From: Candidatus Saccharibacteria bacterium RIFCSPHIGHO2_12_FULL_41_12
GTDB lineage: Bacteria > Patescibacteriota > Saccharimonadia > Saccharimonadales > 2-12-FULL-41-12
Length of the DNA: 64,000 bases
NCBI GenBank assembly: GCA_001790445.1
Contig: MGCQ01000008.1
Span: 90,676 to 154,675, forward strand
Reading direction: 5' to 3'
A program made the position numbers and the translations under genes. This document shows positions 25,490-34,769 of this stretch, one piece after another (position 1 is the stretch's first letter; every line of letters starts with the position of its first letter). Under the pieces are notes generated by a model that worked only from the letters and a program-made list of their open reading frames with translations, was not told the DNA's origin and searched no databases.

Positions 25490-26206
25490 ATGGCTATTAA
25501 ACTATCAGCCAAAAGACTAGCTATCGACAAAGCCAACTCCACTGTGTTAATCGTTGTTGGTGTGGCTTGTTTTGTGATTGTTCTTTGTAGCGTTGCCGGA
25601 AAATCACTAATTGACCAAATGAAATATCAGTCAAAAGTGATAGGCCTAAAAGAAAATACTTTAAAACAAGCAAAAGCCAACGAAAAAGCAACCGAACAGC
25701 TTAAGACCTCATATCAAGAATTTGCATCTGTCAGAGAGAATGTTTTGGGTGGTAATGCCTCAGGCACAGCAGACAAAGATGGTGAAAATGCTCGAATTGT
25801 TCTTGACGCACTACCTAGTAAGTATGATTTCCCAGCACTTGCGACAAGTATCTATAAACTACTCGGTAGTAATGGCTACAAGATAGACAGCATGACCGGA
25901 ACGGATGATGAAGTGGCGCAGTCCGCGTCTGAGAGTGGGGACGCCTCAGTAGCTGTCGACATTCCTTTTACGGTGTCAGTAACTGCTTCGAGCAGTAACA
26001 CGAAACAACTACTGGCGTTATTCGAAAAGTCAATCCGCCCAGTGCAGATATCAAAAATTAGTATTAAAGGACAAACAGATGGCGTAAAGATATCTATCGA
26101 TGGTAAGACATATTTCAAACCACAGAAAAAGTTCAATGTTAAGACAGAAAAGGTTAATAGAACAGATAAAGTTAGCAAGACAAAGAAAACGGAGACTAAA
26201 AAATGA
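25490..26206 (+). CDS. pilO: PilO-like pilus assembly protein
   Basis: TM anchor plus coiled coil. Position after pilN. Confidence 0.5.
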   Translation: MAIKLSAKRLAIDKANSTVLIVVGVACFVIVLCSVAGKSLIDQMKYQSKVIGLKENTLKQAKANEKATEQLKTSYQEFASVRENVLGGNASGTADKDGENARIVLDALPSKYDFPALATSIYKLLGSNGYKIDSMTGTDDEVAQSASESGDASVAVDIPFTVSVTASSSNTKQLLALFEKSIRPVQISKISIKGQTDGVKISIDGKTYFKPQKKFNVKTEKVNRTDKVSKTKKTETKK

Positions 26207-26439
26207 GGCAGAAAGATCTACCAATTATTTTGGCTATCGTCATAGTTTCTTCGATGTTGTCTCTGCTGATTACAAAAACTTTATTTGTGCCCAAAAAAGA
26301 TCAAAGTTTAACTGCTGAAAAAGTCGATGTGATCACATCGACTTTCAATAAACCCGACCCCTTCATTTTTAATAAGGACGCTGTTAATCCAACACAGTTG
26401 ATCAAAATCGGCGGCAATAACAATACCAATAATAATTGA
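26203..26439 (+). CDS. small membrane protein of the pilus locus
   Basis: 78 aa, one TM segment, overlapping start. Confidence 0.45.
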   Translation: MRQKDLPIILAIVIVSSMLSLLITKTLFVPKKDQSLTAEKVDVITSTFNKPDPFIFNKDAVNPTQLIKIGGNNNTNNN

Positions 26440-26459
26440 GCAGTGCGGGTGATTAAGCC

Positions 26460-28265
26460 ATGAGCGTACTATCAGAAGAAAACCAGCAACTACTCGAGAA
26501 GTATTTGGTAGAGGAAGGCGTTATATCACAGGTTAAGCTTGAAAGTGTCAAAGAAAAAGCCAATGCAAACTCTGCGCCAATTCTGGCTACTTTGGTCGAC
26601 GAGGCACAAGTCTCGAACGAGGTCCTCACTAAACTTATGGCCAAGATCAACCATGTTCCTTACGTCAATTTACAGGATGCAAGAATAGACAAACAGGTTT
26701 TGAGGTTATTGTCTAAAGAAGTTTCACAACGTTATATGGCCGTGCCACTGGGACAAATCCAAAATAAATTAGTTGTAGCCATGCTCGACGCCGACAATGT
26801 CCAGGCAGTTGATTTTTTGTCAAGTCGTATCGGTCGTCCTCTTAAGGTTTATACCGCCAGCGAAGAAGGCATTATAAAAGTCATTAAGCAATACGACGAA
26901 GATATTGAAGCAGATGTTACTAGTACAGTTGGTAGCATATCTTCTGCTGCAACAGAAGAAGCCCAGCAGATCAAAGAAGCGGCTAATGCTCCCACAAACA
27001 GCAACATCAAGACTATTATTCAGGATTCACCGATTTCAAAAGCTCTATCAGCTATTTTGGAGTATGCGGCGCGTACACGGGCTAGTGATATTCACATTGA
27101 GCCACTTGAGCACGAGTTGAAAATTCGTTGTCGAGTTGATGGAGTACTACGTGAGATCATGAAATTACCAAAAAGCACCGAACCGCCACTTATTTCCCGA
27201 ATAAAAATTCTTAGCAATCTTAAAATTGACGAGCATCGTATCCCGCAAGATGGTCAATTTACTGTTGACGTAGAGGGTAATTTGATAGACTTGCGTATAG
27301 CTATCTCGCCTGTGATTTGGGGTGAACAAGTTGTGATCCGTCTGCTTGATAAATCAGGCACGAGCTTAAAGCTCGAAGACATGGGCTATACCGGTCGTGC
27401 TCTAAGAACAATAAAAAAAGGCGTTGCTCAATCAAACGGTATGATTTTAACCTCTGGACCAACGGGTTCTGGTAAATCAACCTCAATGTATGCGTTAATA
27501 CAGGAAATAAAAAACGACACTATCAATATAGTTACGCTTGAAGATCCTGTTGAGTATAAAATTGACGGGATCAACCAAATCCAAGTTAACGCAGAGGTTG
27601 GCTTGACGTTTGCATCTGGGCTCAGGTCTATTTTGCGTCAAGATCCCGATGTTGTCATGGTTGGAGAAATTCGCGACAAAGAGACAGCAGCTCTTGCAGT
27701 GCAAGCTGCGTTGACGGGGCACTTGGTCTTTAGCACGCTTCACACCAACTCTGCTGCTGGCATTTTGCCCAGACTTTTGGACATGGGGATAGAACCATTT
27801 TTGATTGCTAGCACTGTTAGAACTGTCATTGGTCAAAGACTTGTCAGACGAATTGCCGACAAAGACAAAGAGGCATATACGTCCTCAGGAGCTGAAAAAC
27901 AAGCTATTCTTCAAAATGTAGGTAATCTTCTGCCACCAGACGAAAAGAGTAAACTCGCGTACTGCAAAGATCTCGGTTATGAGGATTTGCCTTTGCGCAC
28001 CCAAAACGCTTATACTTTATATAAGGGCAAAGATAGCCCAGACACCCCGGGTGGCTACAAGGGAAGAATGGGATTGTACGAAGTCTTTGAGGTCAGCGAT
28101 GCGATTCAAAAACTTATAATAAATCATTCAACCAGCGCAGTTATCCAAACCCAAGCCATAAAAGAAGGCATGGTAACCATGAGGCAAGACGGTTATCTCA
28201 AAGCCTTAGCGGGGCAAACAACAATTAGTGAGATTAATAGGGTTGCAGCAGAAGATAATGCATAA
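26460..28265 (+). CDS. pilB: type IV pilus extension ATPase PilB (GspE family)
   Basis: N-terminal T2SSE_N-like domain, Walker A GPTGSGKST, and Asp/His boxes. Confidence 0.95.
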   Translation: MSVLSEENQQLLEKYLVEEGVISQVKLESVKEKANANSAPILATLVDEAQVSNEVLTKLMAKINHVPYVNLQDARIDKQVLRLLSKEVSQRYMAVPLGQIQNKLVVAMLDADNVQAVDFLSSRIGRPLKVYTASEEGIIKVIKQYDEDIEADVTSTVGSISSAATEEAQQIKEAANAPTNSNIKTIIQDSPISKALSAILEYAARTRASDIHIEPLEHELKIRCRVDGVLREIMKLPKSTEPPLISRIKILSNLKIDEHRIPQDGQFTVDVEGNLIDLRIAISPVIWGEQVVIRLLDKSGTSLKLEDMGYTGRALRTIKKGVAQSNGMILTSGPTGSGKSTSMYALIQEIKNDTINIVTLEDPVEYKIDGINQIQVNAEVGLTFASGLRSILRQDPDVVMVGEIRDKETAALAVQAALTGHLVFSTLHTNSAAGILPRLLDMGIEPFLIASTVRTVIGQRLVRRIADKDKEAYTSSGAEKQAILQNVGNLLPPDEKSKLAYCKDLGYEDLPLRTQNAYTLYKGKDSPDTPGGYKGRMGLYEVFEVSDAIQKLIINHSTSAVIQTQAIKEGMVTMRQDGYLKALAGQTTISEINRVAAEDNA

Positions 28266-28277
28266 AGAAAAGGTGGA

Positions 28278-29348
28278 GTGATGAGCAGCGAACTTAGGAT
28301 AGAACTTTTACTAGAAGAAGTAGTCAAGAACAAGGCTTCAGATCTGCACCTGCAAGTTGGTCTTCCGCCAATGATTCGGATTGACGGGGCTCTCAAACCG
28401 TCAACTAGTGGCAGCGTACTCAAAGAAGCCCAAGTTGAATCATTAATTTTCTCAATTCTGGATGATGAGCAAAAACAAATTCTGCTAAAAGACAAAGAAT
28501 TTGATTTTAGCTTTAGTTTTGGTGATCTTGGGCGATTCCGTGTCAACGCTTTTCACGAAAGAGGAAATTTGGCTGCGGCCCTTAGGCTAATACCTAATGA
28601 AATGCTAAGTGTTGAACAACTAGGCCTGCCAAAAATAATTAATAAATTTGCTGAATATCCAAGGGGCCTTGTGCTTATTACGGGGCCGACAGGTTCGGGT
28701 AAATCGACGACTCTAGCTGCTCTTATTCATAAAATTAATACAGAACGCGCTGCGCACGTAATAACTATCGAAGATCCAATCGAATTTACGCACAAAAGCG
28801 CCAAATCAGTCATTGTCCAACGTGAAGTTCACTACGATACATACTCATTTTCGGCGGCGCTTAGAAGCAGTTTGCGTCAAGATCCAGACGTGGTGCTTAT
28901 CGGTGAGATGCGTGACCTTGAAACGATTGCAGCTGCAATAACTATTGCAGAGACGGGGCACTTGGTCTTTGCTACACTTCACACCAACTCTGCTGCGCAG
29001 AGCTTGGACCGCATGATAGATGTTTTCCCGCCACATCAACAGCCACAAATAAGGGCGCAGCTCAGTAATATTTTGATGGCTATTTGTTGTCAGAGACTAG
29101 TTCCTTCTATCGGTGGCGGACGAGTTGTCGCCTCAGAGATTTTGATCGCAAACCCAGCTGTAAGAAACATCATCCGTGAAGGCAAAGGGCATCAGCTCGA
29201 TGCAGTTATTCAGACGGGTGCAGAGTTTGGTATGCAGTCGATGGACAAAACACTTGTCAATTTGATTCATGCGGGTACTATCACTTACGATGAGGCGCGA
29301 ATTGTTGCAGTTGATCTTGATGAACTAGATAGACTTATGAGAGGGTAA
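28278..29348 (+). CDS. pilT: twitching-motility retraction ATPase PilT
   Basis: 356 aa with GPTGSGKSTTLAA and AHVITIEDPIEF. Confidence 0.95.
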   Translation: MMSSELRIELLLEEVVKNKASDLHLQVGLPPMIRIDGALKPSTSGSVLKEAQVESLIFSILDDEQKQILLKDKEFDFSFSFGDLGRFRVNAFHERGNLAAALRLIPNEMLSVEQLGLPKIINKFAEYPRGLVLITGPTGSGKSTTLAALIHKINTERAAHVITIEDPIEFTHKSAKSVIVQREVHYDTYSFSAALRSSLRQDPDVVLIGEMRDLETIAAAITIAETGHLVFATLHTNSAAQSLDRMIDVFPPHQQPQIRAQLSNILMAICCQRLVPSIGGGRVVASEILIANPAVRNIIREGKGHQLDAVIQTGAEFGMQSMDKTLVNLIHAGTITYDEARIVAVDLDELDRLMRG

Positions 29349-29363
29349 GTTGGAGATTCAATA

Positions 29364-30584
29364 ATGTTAACTTTTGAATACGAGGCCAAAAACGCAAAAA
29401 CAGGGGAGAAGATAAAAGCCACCTTGCAGGCAGATTCAGAGGCATCAGCAGCCAAATTGATTCGTGAACAGTCACTAGTCCCGCTGGATATTCGTGCGGT
29501 CGGCTCTGGTGGGTTTACATTCCTTGGTAAATTCCGCAATAGAATTTCCGTAAAAGACAAAATACTCTTCTCTAGGCAGATGTCTACACTTATTAATGCT
29601 GGTTTGCCGTTAGTCCAGAGCTTGCGACAAGTTGATGAGCAGACTGACAACAAAGCTTTTAAAGTAGTCATCGGCAAAATAATCACCGATGTAGAGGGTG
29701 GTTTGGCGTTCTCCAAGGCACTGGCTAAACATCCCGAAGTTTTCAATAACATTTATATTAATCTAATAGAGGCTGGTGAGGTATCAGGAACTCTTGACAT
29801 GGCTCTGTCCAGGATAGCCACACAGCAGGAAAAAGACGCAGATATAATCAGCAAAGTTCGTGGGGCTATGGCATATCCGGCAATAGTTATGCTGGTGATG
29901 ATTGGTGTGCTAGGTTTCATGATTGTCAAGGTTTTGCCCCAGGTTGAAGTCATCTATAGAGATCTTCCAGGAGCACATTTGCCACTTTTGACCGTAGTTT
30001 TATTATCTATTTCGCATTTTACTATCAAATACTGGTGGTTAATGCTGATATTGCTTGGTTTAGCTATATTTGCCACCACACGTTACGCTCGCACGGTAGG
30101 GGGCAAGCAAGTAATCGATCTGTGGAAGATGAAAGCATGGCCAATGGGCCCGCTATTTATGAAAGTCTATATGGCTCGGTTTTCCAGAACTGGCACAACT
30201 CTAGTTGCCAGTGGTGTGCCTTTAATCAAAGTGCTCGAGGTTGTGGCTGGCGCTATCAACAATGTCCATGTTGAGGCTTCTATTAATAAGGCGATAGAGA
30301 AAGTTAAAGGAGGCAAATCGTTAAGCGAATCTCTAACGGGTGATCCAAATTTCTTAACTCTTGTGCCGAACATGCTTAAAATTGGTGAGCAATCAGGGGC
30401 CTTAGAAGATATGATGGAAAAGACTGCAGATTATTATGAAAAAGAAGTTGATAACCAGATCAAAACCATTTCTACTATAATTGAGCCAATGATGATGGTA
30501 GTTCTGGGTATCTCGGCGTTTATTATTGTAGCAGCGGTGCTATTGCCAATTTATGGGCTAGCTGGCCAAAATATCATCAAATAG
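29364..30584 (+). CDS. pilC: type IV pilus platform protein PilC (GspF family)
   Basis: 406 aa with duplicated GspF domains and 3 TM segments. Confidence 0.9.
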   Translation: MLTFEYEAKNAKTGEKIKATLQADSEASAAKLIREQSLVPLDIRAVGSGGFTFLGKFRNRISVKDKILFSRQMSTLINAGLPLVQSLRQVDEQTDNKAFKVVIGKIITDVEGGLAFSKALAKHPEVFNNIYINLIEAGEVSGTLDMALSRIATQQEKDADIISKVRGAMAYPAIVMLVMIGVLGFMIVKVLPQVEVIYRDLPGAHLPLLTVVLLSISHFTIKYWWLMLILLGLAIFATTRYARTVGGKQVIDLWKMKAWPMGPLFMKVYMARFSRTGTTLVASGVPLIKVLEVVAGAINNVHVEASINKAIEKVKGGKSLSESLTGDPNFLTLVPNMLKIGEQSGALEDMMEKTADYYEKEVDNQIKTISTIIEPMMMVVLGISAFIIVAAVLLPIYGLAGQNIIK

Positions 30585-30608
30585 TTCTTTCATTATAAGC
30601 GAATAACT

Positions 30609-31110
30609 CATTGCGATTAAAGCCTTAAAAGGCTTTTTAATCACCATACTTTCTTGTGCTAACAAGAAAGTATGCAAAGAAGTAGCAGGCGGTTGAGCAG
30701 ACTTGATGGGATTTCTTGTCGAGGATTACAACAGACTGCGGAACTCTCTCCCTTTGGTCGTTCAAACAGTCCTCGGCTGATAGTTGTAATCTCGACGAAA
30801 TCTCTCAGGTCTGCTCAAGGCCTGACCCAAGCTTCCCTTGTATATTTCCGTAGGAAATATTATTAATTATGACTTTAGACTGCTTTTTGTCCCCTTGATT
30901 AAAACACCTTTAGATTAAATGGCTACGAACAGATTATTCTGAGGACATGGCTTTATGCCCGACTGGAGGGAGTCCCGGAAGAATAGTATGTTTGTAGTTA
31001 TTTAATCTTAGGGCAGTTTTTGATCACTGGGGTGGCACTTTTTGCTTACTTTTTCTTGCTACAGAGAAAAAGTAAGGTGATAGAAGCCCTGCCAAGGGCT
31101 TAGCGCAATG
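30609..31110 (+). ncRNA. ~500-nt heavily base-paired element (candidate large structured RNA, or a MITE-like inverted-repeat element)
   Basis: Closing stem CATTGCG/CGCAATG. Hairpins at 30618-30638, 30645-30674, 30686-30824, 30842-30860, 30911-31010, 31045-31076 and 31084-31101. G-U pairs favour a plus-strand RNA. Confidence 0.5.
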
Positions 31111-31142
31111 AAGCCTTTAATTATAATTTTTAAAAATTAGTG

Positions 31143-31169
31143 TTGCATTCTTGCTCAAGATGGTATATT
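31143..31169 (+). promoter_or_regulatory. candidate pilin promoter
   Basis: TTGCAT (31143-31148), 15-nt spacer, TGgTATATT extended -10 (31161-31169). The spacer is short. Confidence 0.3.
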
Positions 31170-31221
31170 TTGATATTGTATAAGCATAAACATTAATAAA
31201 TCAAAGAAAAGGGTTGGGGAT

Positions 31222-31701
31222 ATGAGAGATTTAATAAAAAAACAAAAGGGTTTCACTATCATCGAGGTATTGATAGTTCTAGCCATAGCCGGACTTATCA
31301 TTTTGATAGTCTTCCTCGCAGTGCCATCATTGCAAAGAAACAGCCGTAATACACAACGTAAGAATGATATTAGTGCACTACTAGGCTCAATACAAGAATC
31401 AACTAATAATAATAATGGTCAACTTCCTACTCGAGCAACCGCAGCCGATTCTGGTAAACTATCATTTTATGCAATAGCTGATTTAGAAGGAAACTTACAG
31501 AATGCAGCAGCTGTTGGTTCGGTCACTCCAACGGAGTCTAGTATACAGTTGAATAATTTCTCAAAATGTCCGGCTGCTAACCCAGCACCAGGGGCTATAG
31601 CTGCTTTGACAATGGGAGCATCTCCAACAAAGAGAAACGTTACTGCTGTATATCGTATTGAAACAAGTGGTGCTTCTCAAACAATTTGCCAAGACCTATA
31701 A
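31222..31701 (+). CDS. pilA: type IV major pilin
   Basis: Prepilin leader plus G/FTIIEVLIVLAIAGLI class III signal. GGGGA RBS. Confidence 0.9.
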   Translation: MRDLIKKQKGFTIIEVLIVLAIAGLIILIVFLAVPSLQRNSRNTQRKNDISALLGSIQESTNNNNGQLPTRATAADSGKLSFYAIADLEGNLQNAAAVGSVTPTESSIQLNNFSKCPAANPAPGAIAALTMGASPTKRNVTAVYRIETSGASQTICQDL

Positions 31702-31725
31702 ATTAGGAAAAGTTAGCATAGTAAT

Positions 31726-31755
31726 AAAAAGGCTCGTTTATTGGAGCCTTTTTTG
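31726..31755 (+). terminator. intrinsic terminator after the pilin gene
   Basis: AAAGGCTC (31728-31735) / GAGCCTTT (31744-31751) followed by a T-run. Confidence 0.7.
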
Positions 31756-31764
31756 CTATCATAA

Positions 31765-32604
31765 GTGCTAATGATTATAGGGATATTAGTTATATTGGGG
31801 CTTTGTTTTGGTAGTTTTGTCAATGCTTTGGTCTGGCGGGTTCATCAACAGAGTCTGCCAAAGGCAAAACAACCAAAAAAAGTCAATCTATCTATCAAAA
31901 AAGGTCGATCTGTCTGCGTCAATTGTCATCATATTTTAAGCTGGCAAGATTTACTGCCGGTTATCAGCTGGGTTGGCCTGAGAGGCAAATGCAGATATTG
32001 TCACAAATCTATATCTTGGCAATATCCACTAGTAGAAATCCTCATGGCTGCTGTATTCGTAATCTCGTACAATTTTTGGCCGTTTAAATTTACAGGTCCT
32101 GAGGCTGCCGTATTCGGTCTGTGGCTAGCGGTTGTAGTTAATTTAGTAGCTCTAGCAGTTTATGACATCAAATGGATGCTTTTGCCCAATAGATTAGTCA
32201 AAATAGCCTTTGGATTTGCTTTAGTGTTGAGTGTGATCACTATATCCATTCGTAGTGGAGAAATATATGTAGATTTGGCAAAAGTATTGGTAGCTATGGC
32301 AATATCTGGAGGTCTTTTTGCCATTTTGTTCTATGTCTCCAGTGGCAAATGGATAGGCGGAGGCGACGTAAAGTTGGGCTTTGTACTTGGGCTTGTCGCT
32401 GCTACCCCAGTTAATGCTTGTTTGATGCTATTTATTGCATCTTTGCTTGGTTGTTTGGTAACGCTGCCGGCCGTAGCTTTGGGCTCTAAGAGCATGCAGA
32501 CCAAAATACCCTTTGGACCCTTTTTGATAATTGCGGCTTTTGTTGTGTATCTGTTTGGCGTAGTAGTGGCAGATGCTTACTTGCGATTACTCGGTCTTTC
32601 CTAA
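31765..32604 (+). CDS. pilD: prepilin peptidase/N-methyltransferase PilD (A24 family)
   Basis: CxxC...CxxC zinc motif (CVNCHH...CRYCHKSISWQYPLVE) and GGGDVKL. Start is GTG 31765 or ATG 31771. Confidence 0.9.
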   Translation: MLMIIGILVILGLCFGSFVNALVWRVHQQSLPKAKQPKKVNLSIKKGRSVCVNCHHILSWQDLLPVISWVGLRGKCRYCHKSISWQYPLVEILMAAVFVISYNFWPFKFTGPEAAVFGLWLAVVVNLVALAVYDIKWMLLPNRLVKIAFGFALVLSVITISIRSGEIYVDLAKVLVAMAISGGLFAILFYVSSGKWIGGGDVKLGFVLGLVAATPVNACLMLFIASLLGCLVTLPAVALGSKSMQTKIPFGPFLIIAAFVVYLFGVVVADAYLRLLGLS

Positions 32605-32654
32605 CCCCCCTGCTTAATACTCACTACTTTTTACTATTTGGGCGATAGCGCTTG

Positions 32655-32663
32655 TGCTATAAT
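32655..32663 (+). promoter_or_regulatory. extended -10 element (TGcTATAAT) 7 nt before ATG 32671
   Basis: TG at 32655-32656 and TATAAT at 32658-32663. No SD lies between it and the ATG. Confidence 0.35.
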
Positions 32664-32670
32664 TTATGGT

Positions 32671-33480
32671 ATGAAACTCTCTGGGGGCACAAGAGGTTAT
32701 ACTATCGTTGAGGTTATGATATTTCTGGTTGTATCAGCCGGACTTTTGGTGTCTGTCTTGGGCGTGATCAGTGGTCAGCAACAAAAGACTCGTTTTCAGA
32801 CTGGTGTCAGGGATTTTGAATCCCAACTGCAAGACACAATCAACGACGTTGAAACAGGATATTATCCTAATACTGCTGGCAACGCCGGGGAAGGCGGAGA
32901 CCTCAAAGCTGGTGACAAAATATTCATCGGCAAAGGCATCCAATTTTACAAAAATTCCTCGACCAACGAACTAACTAGCTGGCGAGAAATGGTTATTAGT
33001 GGGAATACTACAATACCTGATCCTCCCGGAGAGCCAAAGGATGTGACAACCCTCAGTGAAGCTACCCCCACAGCATCAGGCTCTTCCGTTAGTCATGAGC
33101 TTCTCAACGGAGTAGTCCTGACAAGTATCAAATATGGTACAGCAGGTACATCGAGTTTTGGGATTGCCGTAGTGTCAGGTATATCAAGTGATGGCAAAAA
33201 ATCTTCTGGCTCCAGAGGTCAGTTGGCATATCTAGATATTAGTTCTGTCGATAATGAAGGGTTTCTTGATTCAGCCATTGGCTCCCTTACTGATGCTTCA
33301 ATTGCCAATGCAAGCAACGGAGTAGTTTTTTGCCTTAGCGAAGGGGGTGGTGGTAGAGTTGCAGCCGTTGCTCTTGGCCTGGCCCCACAGGGCGCAGGAA
33401 TTGTCAGCACAGGGCAAAAAAATATTTCAACAGTTTATTTTGATGATGAGGCAAAAAATAATTTTGGATGTACCTCATGA
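32671..33480 (+). CDS. minor pilin / pseudopilin
   Basis: MKLSGGTRG/YTIVEVMIFLVV prepilin-type N-terminus. The track start TTG 32638 would give an atypically long leader. Confidence 0.75.
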   Translation: MKLSGGTRGYTIVEVMIFLVVSAGLLVSVLGVISGQQQKTRFQTGVRDFESQLQDTINDVETGYYPNTAGNAGEGGDLKAGDKIFIGKGIQFYKNSSTNELTSWREMVISGNTTIPDPPGEPKDVTTLSEATPTASGSSVSHELLNGVVLTSIKYGTAGTSSFGIAVVSGISSDGKKSSGSRGQLAYLDISSVDNEGFLDSAIGSLTDASIANASNGVVFCLSEGGGGRVAAVALGLAPQGAGIVSTGQKNISTVYFDDEAKNNFGCTS

Positions 33481-34766
33481 AATTAAAAATAATGCATAAC
33501 CAACGAGGCGATACAATCATGGAAGTACTGATCTGTGTTGCTATGCTCGGGTTTATGCTCGGTGCAGCCTTTAGCTTGACGAATAAAAATCAACAAAGCG
33601 CTAGGGCTTCACAGGAGCGATCAGAAGCTACCAAAATAGCAGAAAAACAGATAGAATATCTTCGGGCACACTATGCCAAACATGCCACAGGTCCTTTTGA
33701 CCCACCTTTGACAGATAATTTTTGTTTTAAAGAAGACGCATCAATCCCAGACAAAGGCTATAAGTATGTCGAAAATGTTGGTTTAGCATCACCAAGCCCA
33801 GTAATAGTCAGCGGTGCAGCCAATGAGGACAAAGATTCTAATTATGTAGCTGACTGTAAATTATCTCCAAATGGTTACAATTACAGGATTAGTGCCTGGA
33901 AAGCAGGCACTGCTAACGCAACCACTTTAGGTGCAAAAGCCGGGGCATTTGTTGTCACAGTTCGTTGGGATAGTGTCAAAGGCAATGGTCAAGAAGAAGT
34001 CAAAATGTTCTACACCATAGACCAACTTTCTGCAGGCTTTTACACCAGTGGGATTCCCGTAACACCCCCATCACCCCCACCACCTCCATCAAATTTCTGT
34101 ACCAACATTCCTGGTCCATCGCTTCCTCCAGGAATGACTCAAGATCCTGCCACAGGTTTTTGCAAGTACACTCCTTATACCTGGTATGGAACTTGGAATA
34201 CGGGTTTCTTTGGTTTTATGTCGTTCCAGTTTCCAGGATTGACACCCAACCTTACATGTTCTCCAGTCGATGCCGGCCGGAAAACATGTCTGAATGGCTA
34301 TACATTCTGGCTTCTGTCAACCGTAATTAACTGGTCATCCCCGATAAAAATAACTTATGATCTTAAGACGAACCTATATAATTATAGTCCCGTAGATTAC
34401 ACATTTTCTAATGTTGCTACTCCTTTGGGGAGCAGCACAATACCCGCTGGCCCCGCCATATTAAACATGTATTGGACTAATGACGAAAACAACGGTCTTT
34501 CGCCCCCACCAGGCTATAAACCGCAAGTGAGAATTCGTATCAATGACAGTGGCGGCGGGTCATACAATCCGTGTGCTCCCGCGGACTATTGCCAACTGCC
34601 ATCTTACCCAAATAATTCACTTTCTAATTTAATCCTAGCCCCAATAGATATAGTGGTGCCAGAAAACGCAACCACGCTAACAGTAGAGTGGCTAAATGAT
34701 GCCTGGTCGCCCGGAGTATATGATGCCAATGTTAGTTTCCCAGATCTAAGAATAGAGAGGAACTGA
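33468..34766 (+). CDS. large minor pilin-like protein (432 aa)
   Basis: NQRGDTIMEVLICVAML pilin-like N-terminus and a Pro-rich linker PPSPPPPPS. Confidence 0.65.
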   Translation: MYLMKLKIMHNQRGDTIMEVLICVAMLGFMLGAAFSLTNKNQQSARASQERSEATKIAEKQIEYLRAHYAKHATGPFDPPLTDNFCFKEDASIPDKGYKYVENVGLASPSPVIVSGAANEDKDSNYVADCKLSPNGYNYRISAWKAGTANATTLGAKAGAFVVTVRWDSVKGNGQEEVKMFYTIDQLSAGFYTSGIPVTPPSPPPPPSNFCTNIPGPSLPPGMTQDPATGFCKYTPYTWYGTWNTGFFGFMSFQFPGLTPNLTCSPVDAGRKTCLNGYTFWLLSTVINWSSPIKITYDLKTNLYNYSPVDYTFSNVATPLGSSTIPAGPAILNMYWTNDENNGLSPPPGYKPQVRIRINDSGGGSYNPCAPADYCQLPSYPNNSLSNLILAPIDIVVPENATTLTVEWLNDAWSPGVYDANVSFPDLRIERN

Positions 34767-34769
34767 TAC

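Noticed and set aside
30672-30866. 64-aa ORF inside the pilC-pilA gap.
   Set aside because: It runs through both arms of the long hairpin 30686-30824. It is Arg/Ser-rich with no RBS. The region is better explained as structured non-coding sequence.
30941-30979. GUCCCGGAAGAA, resembling the SRP RNA helix 8 GGAA tetraloop region.
   Set aside because: The flanking bases do not form the symmetric and asymmetric loops of SRP domain IV. After GGAA, the sequence does not pair back as UCC/GGA.
30590-31127. ATTATAA on both sides of the pilC-pilA element (30592-30598 and 31120-31126), considered as a target-site duplication.
   Set aside because: A 7-mer made only of A and T is expected by chance in these spacers. 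The element termini just inside these 7-mers are not inverted repeats of one another.
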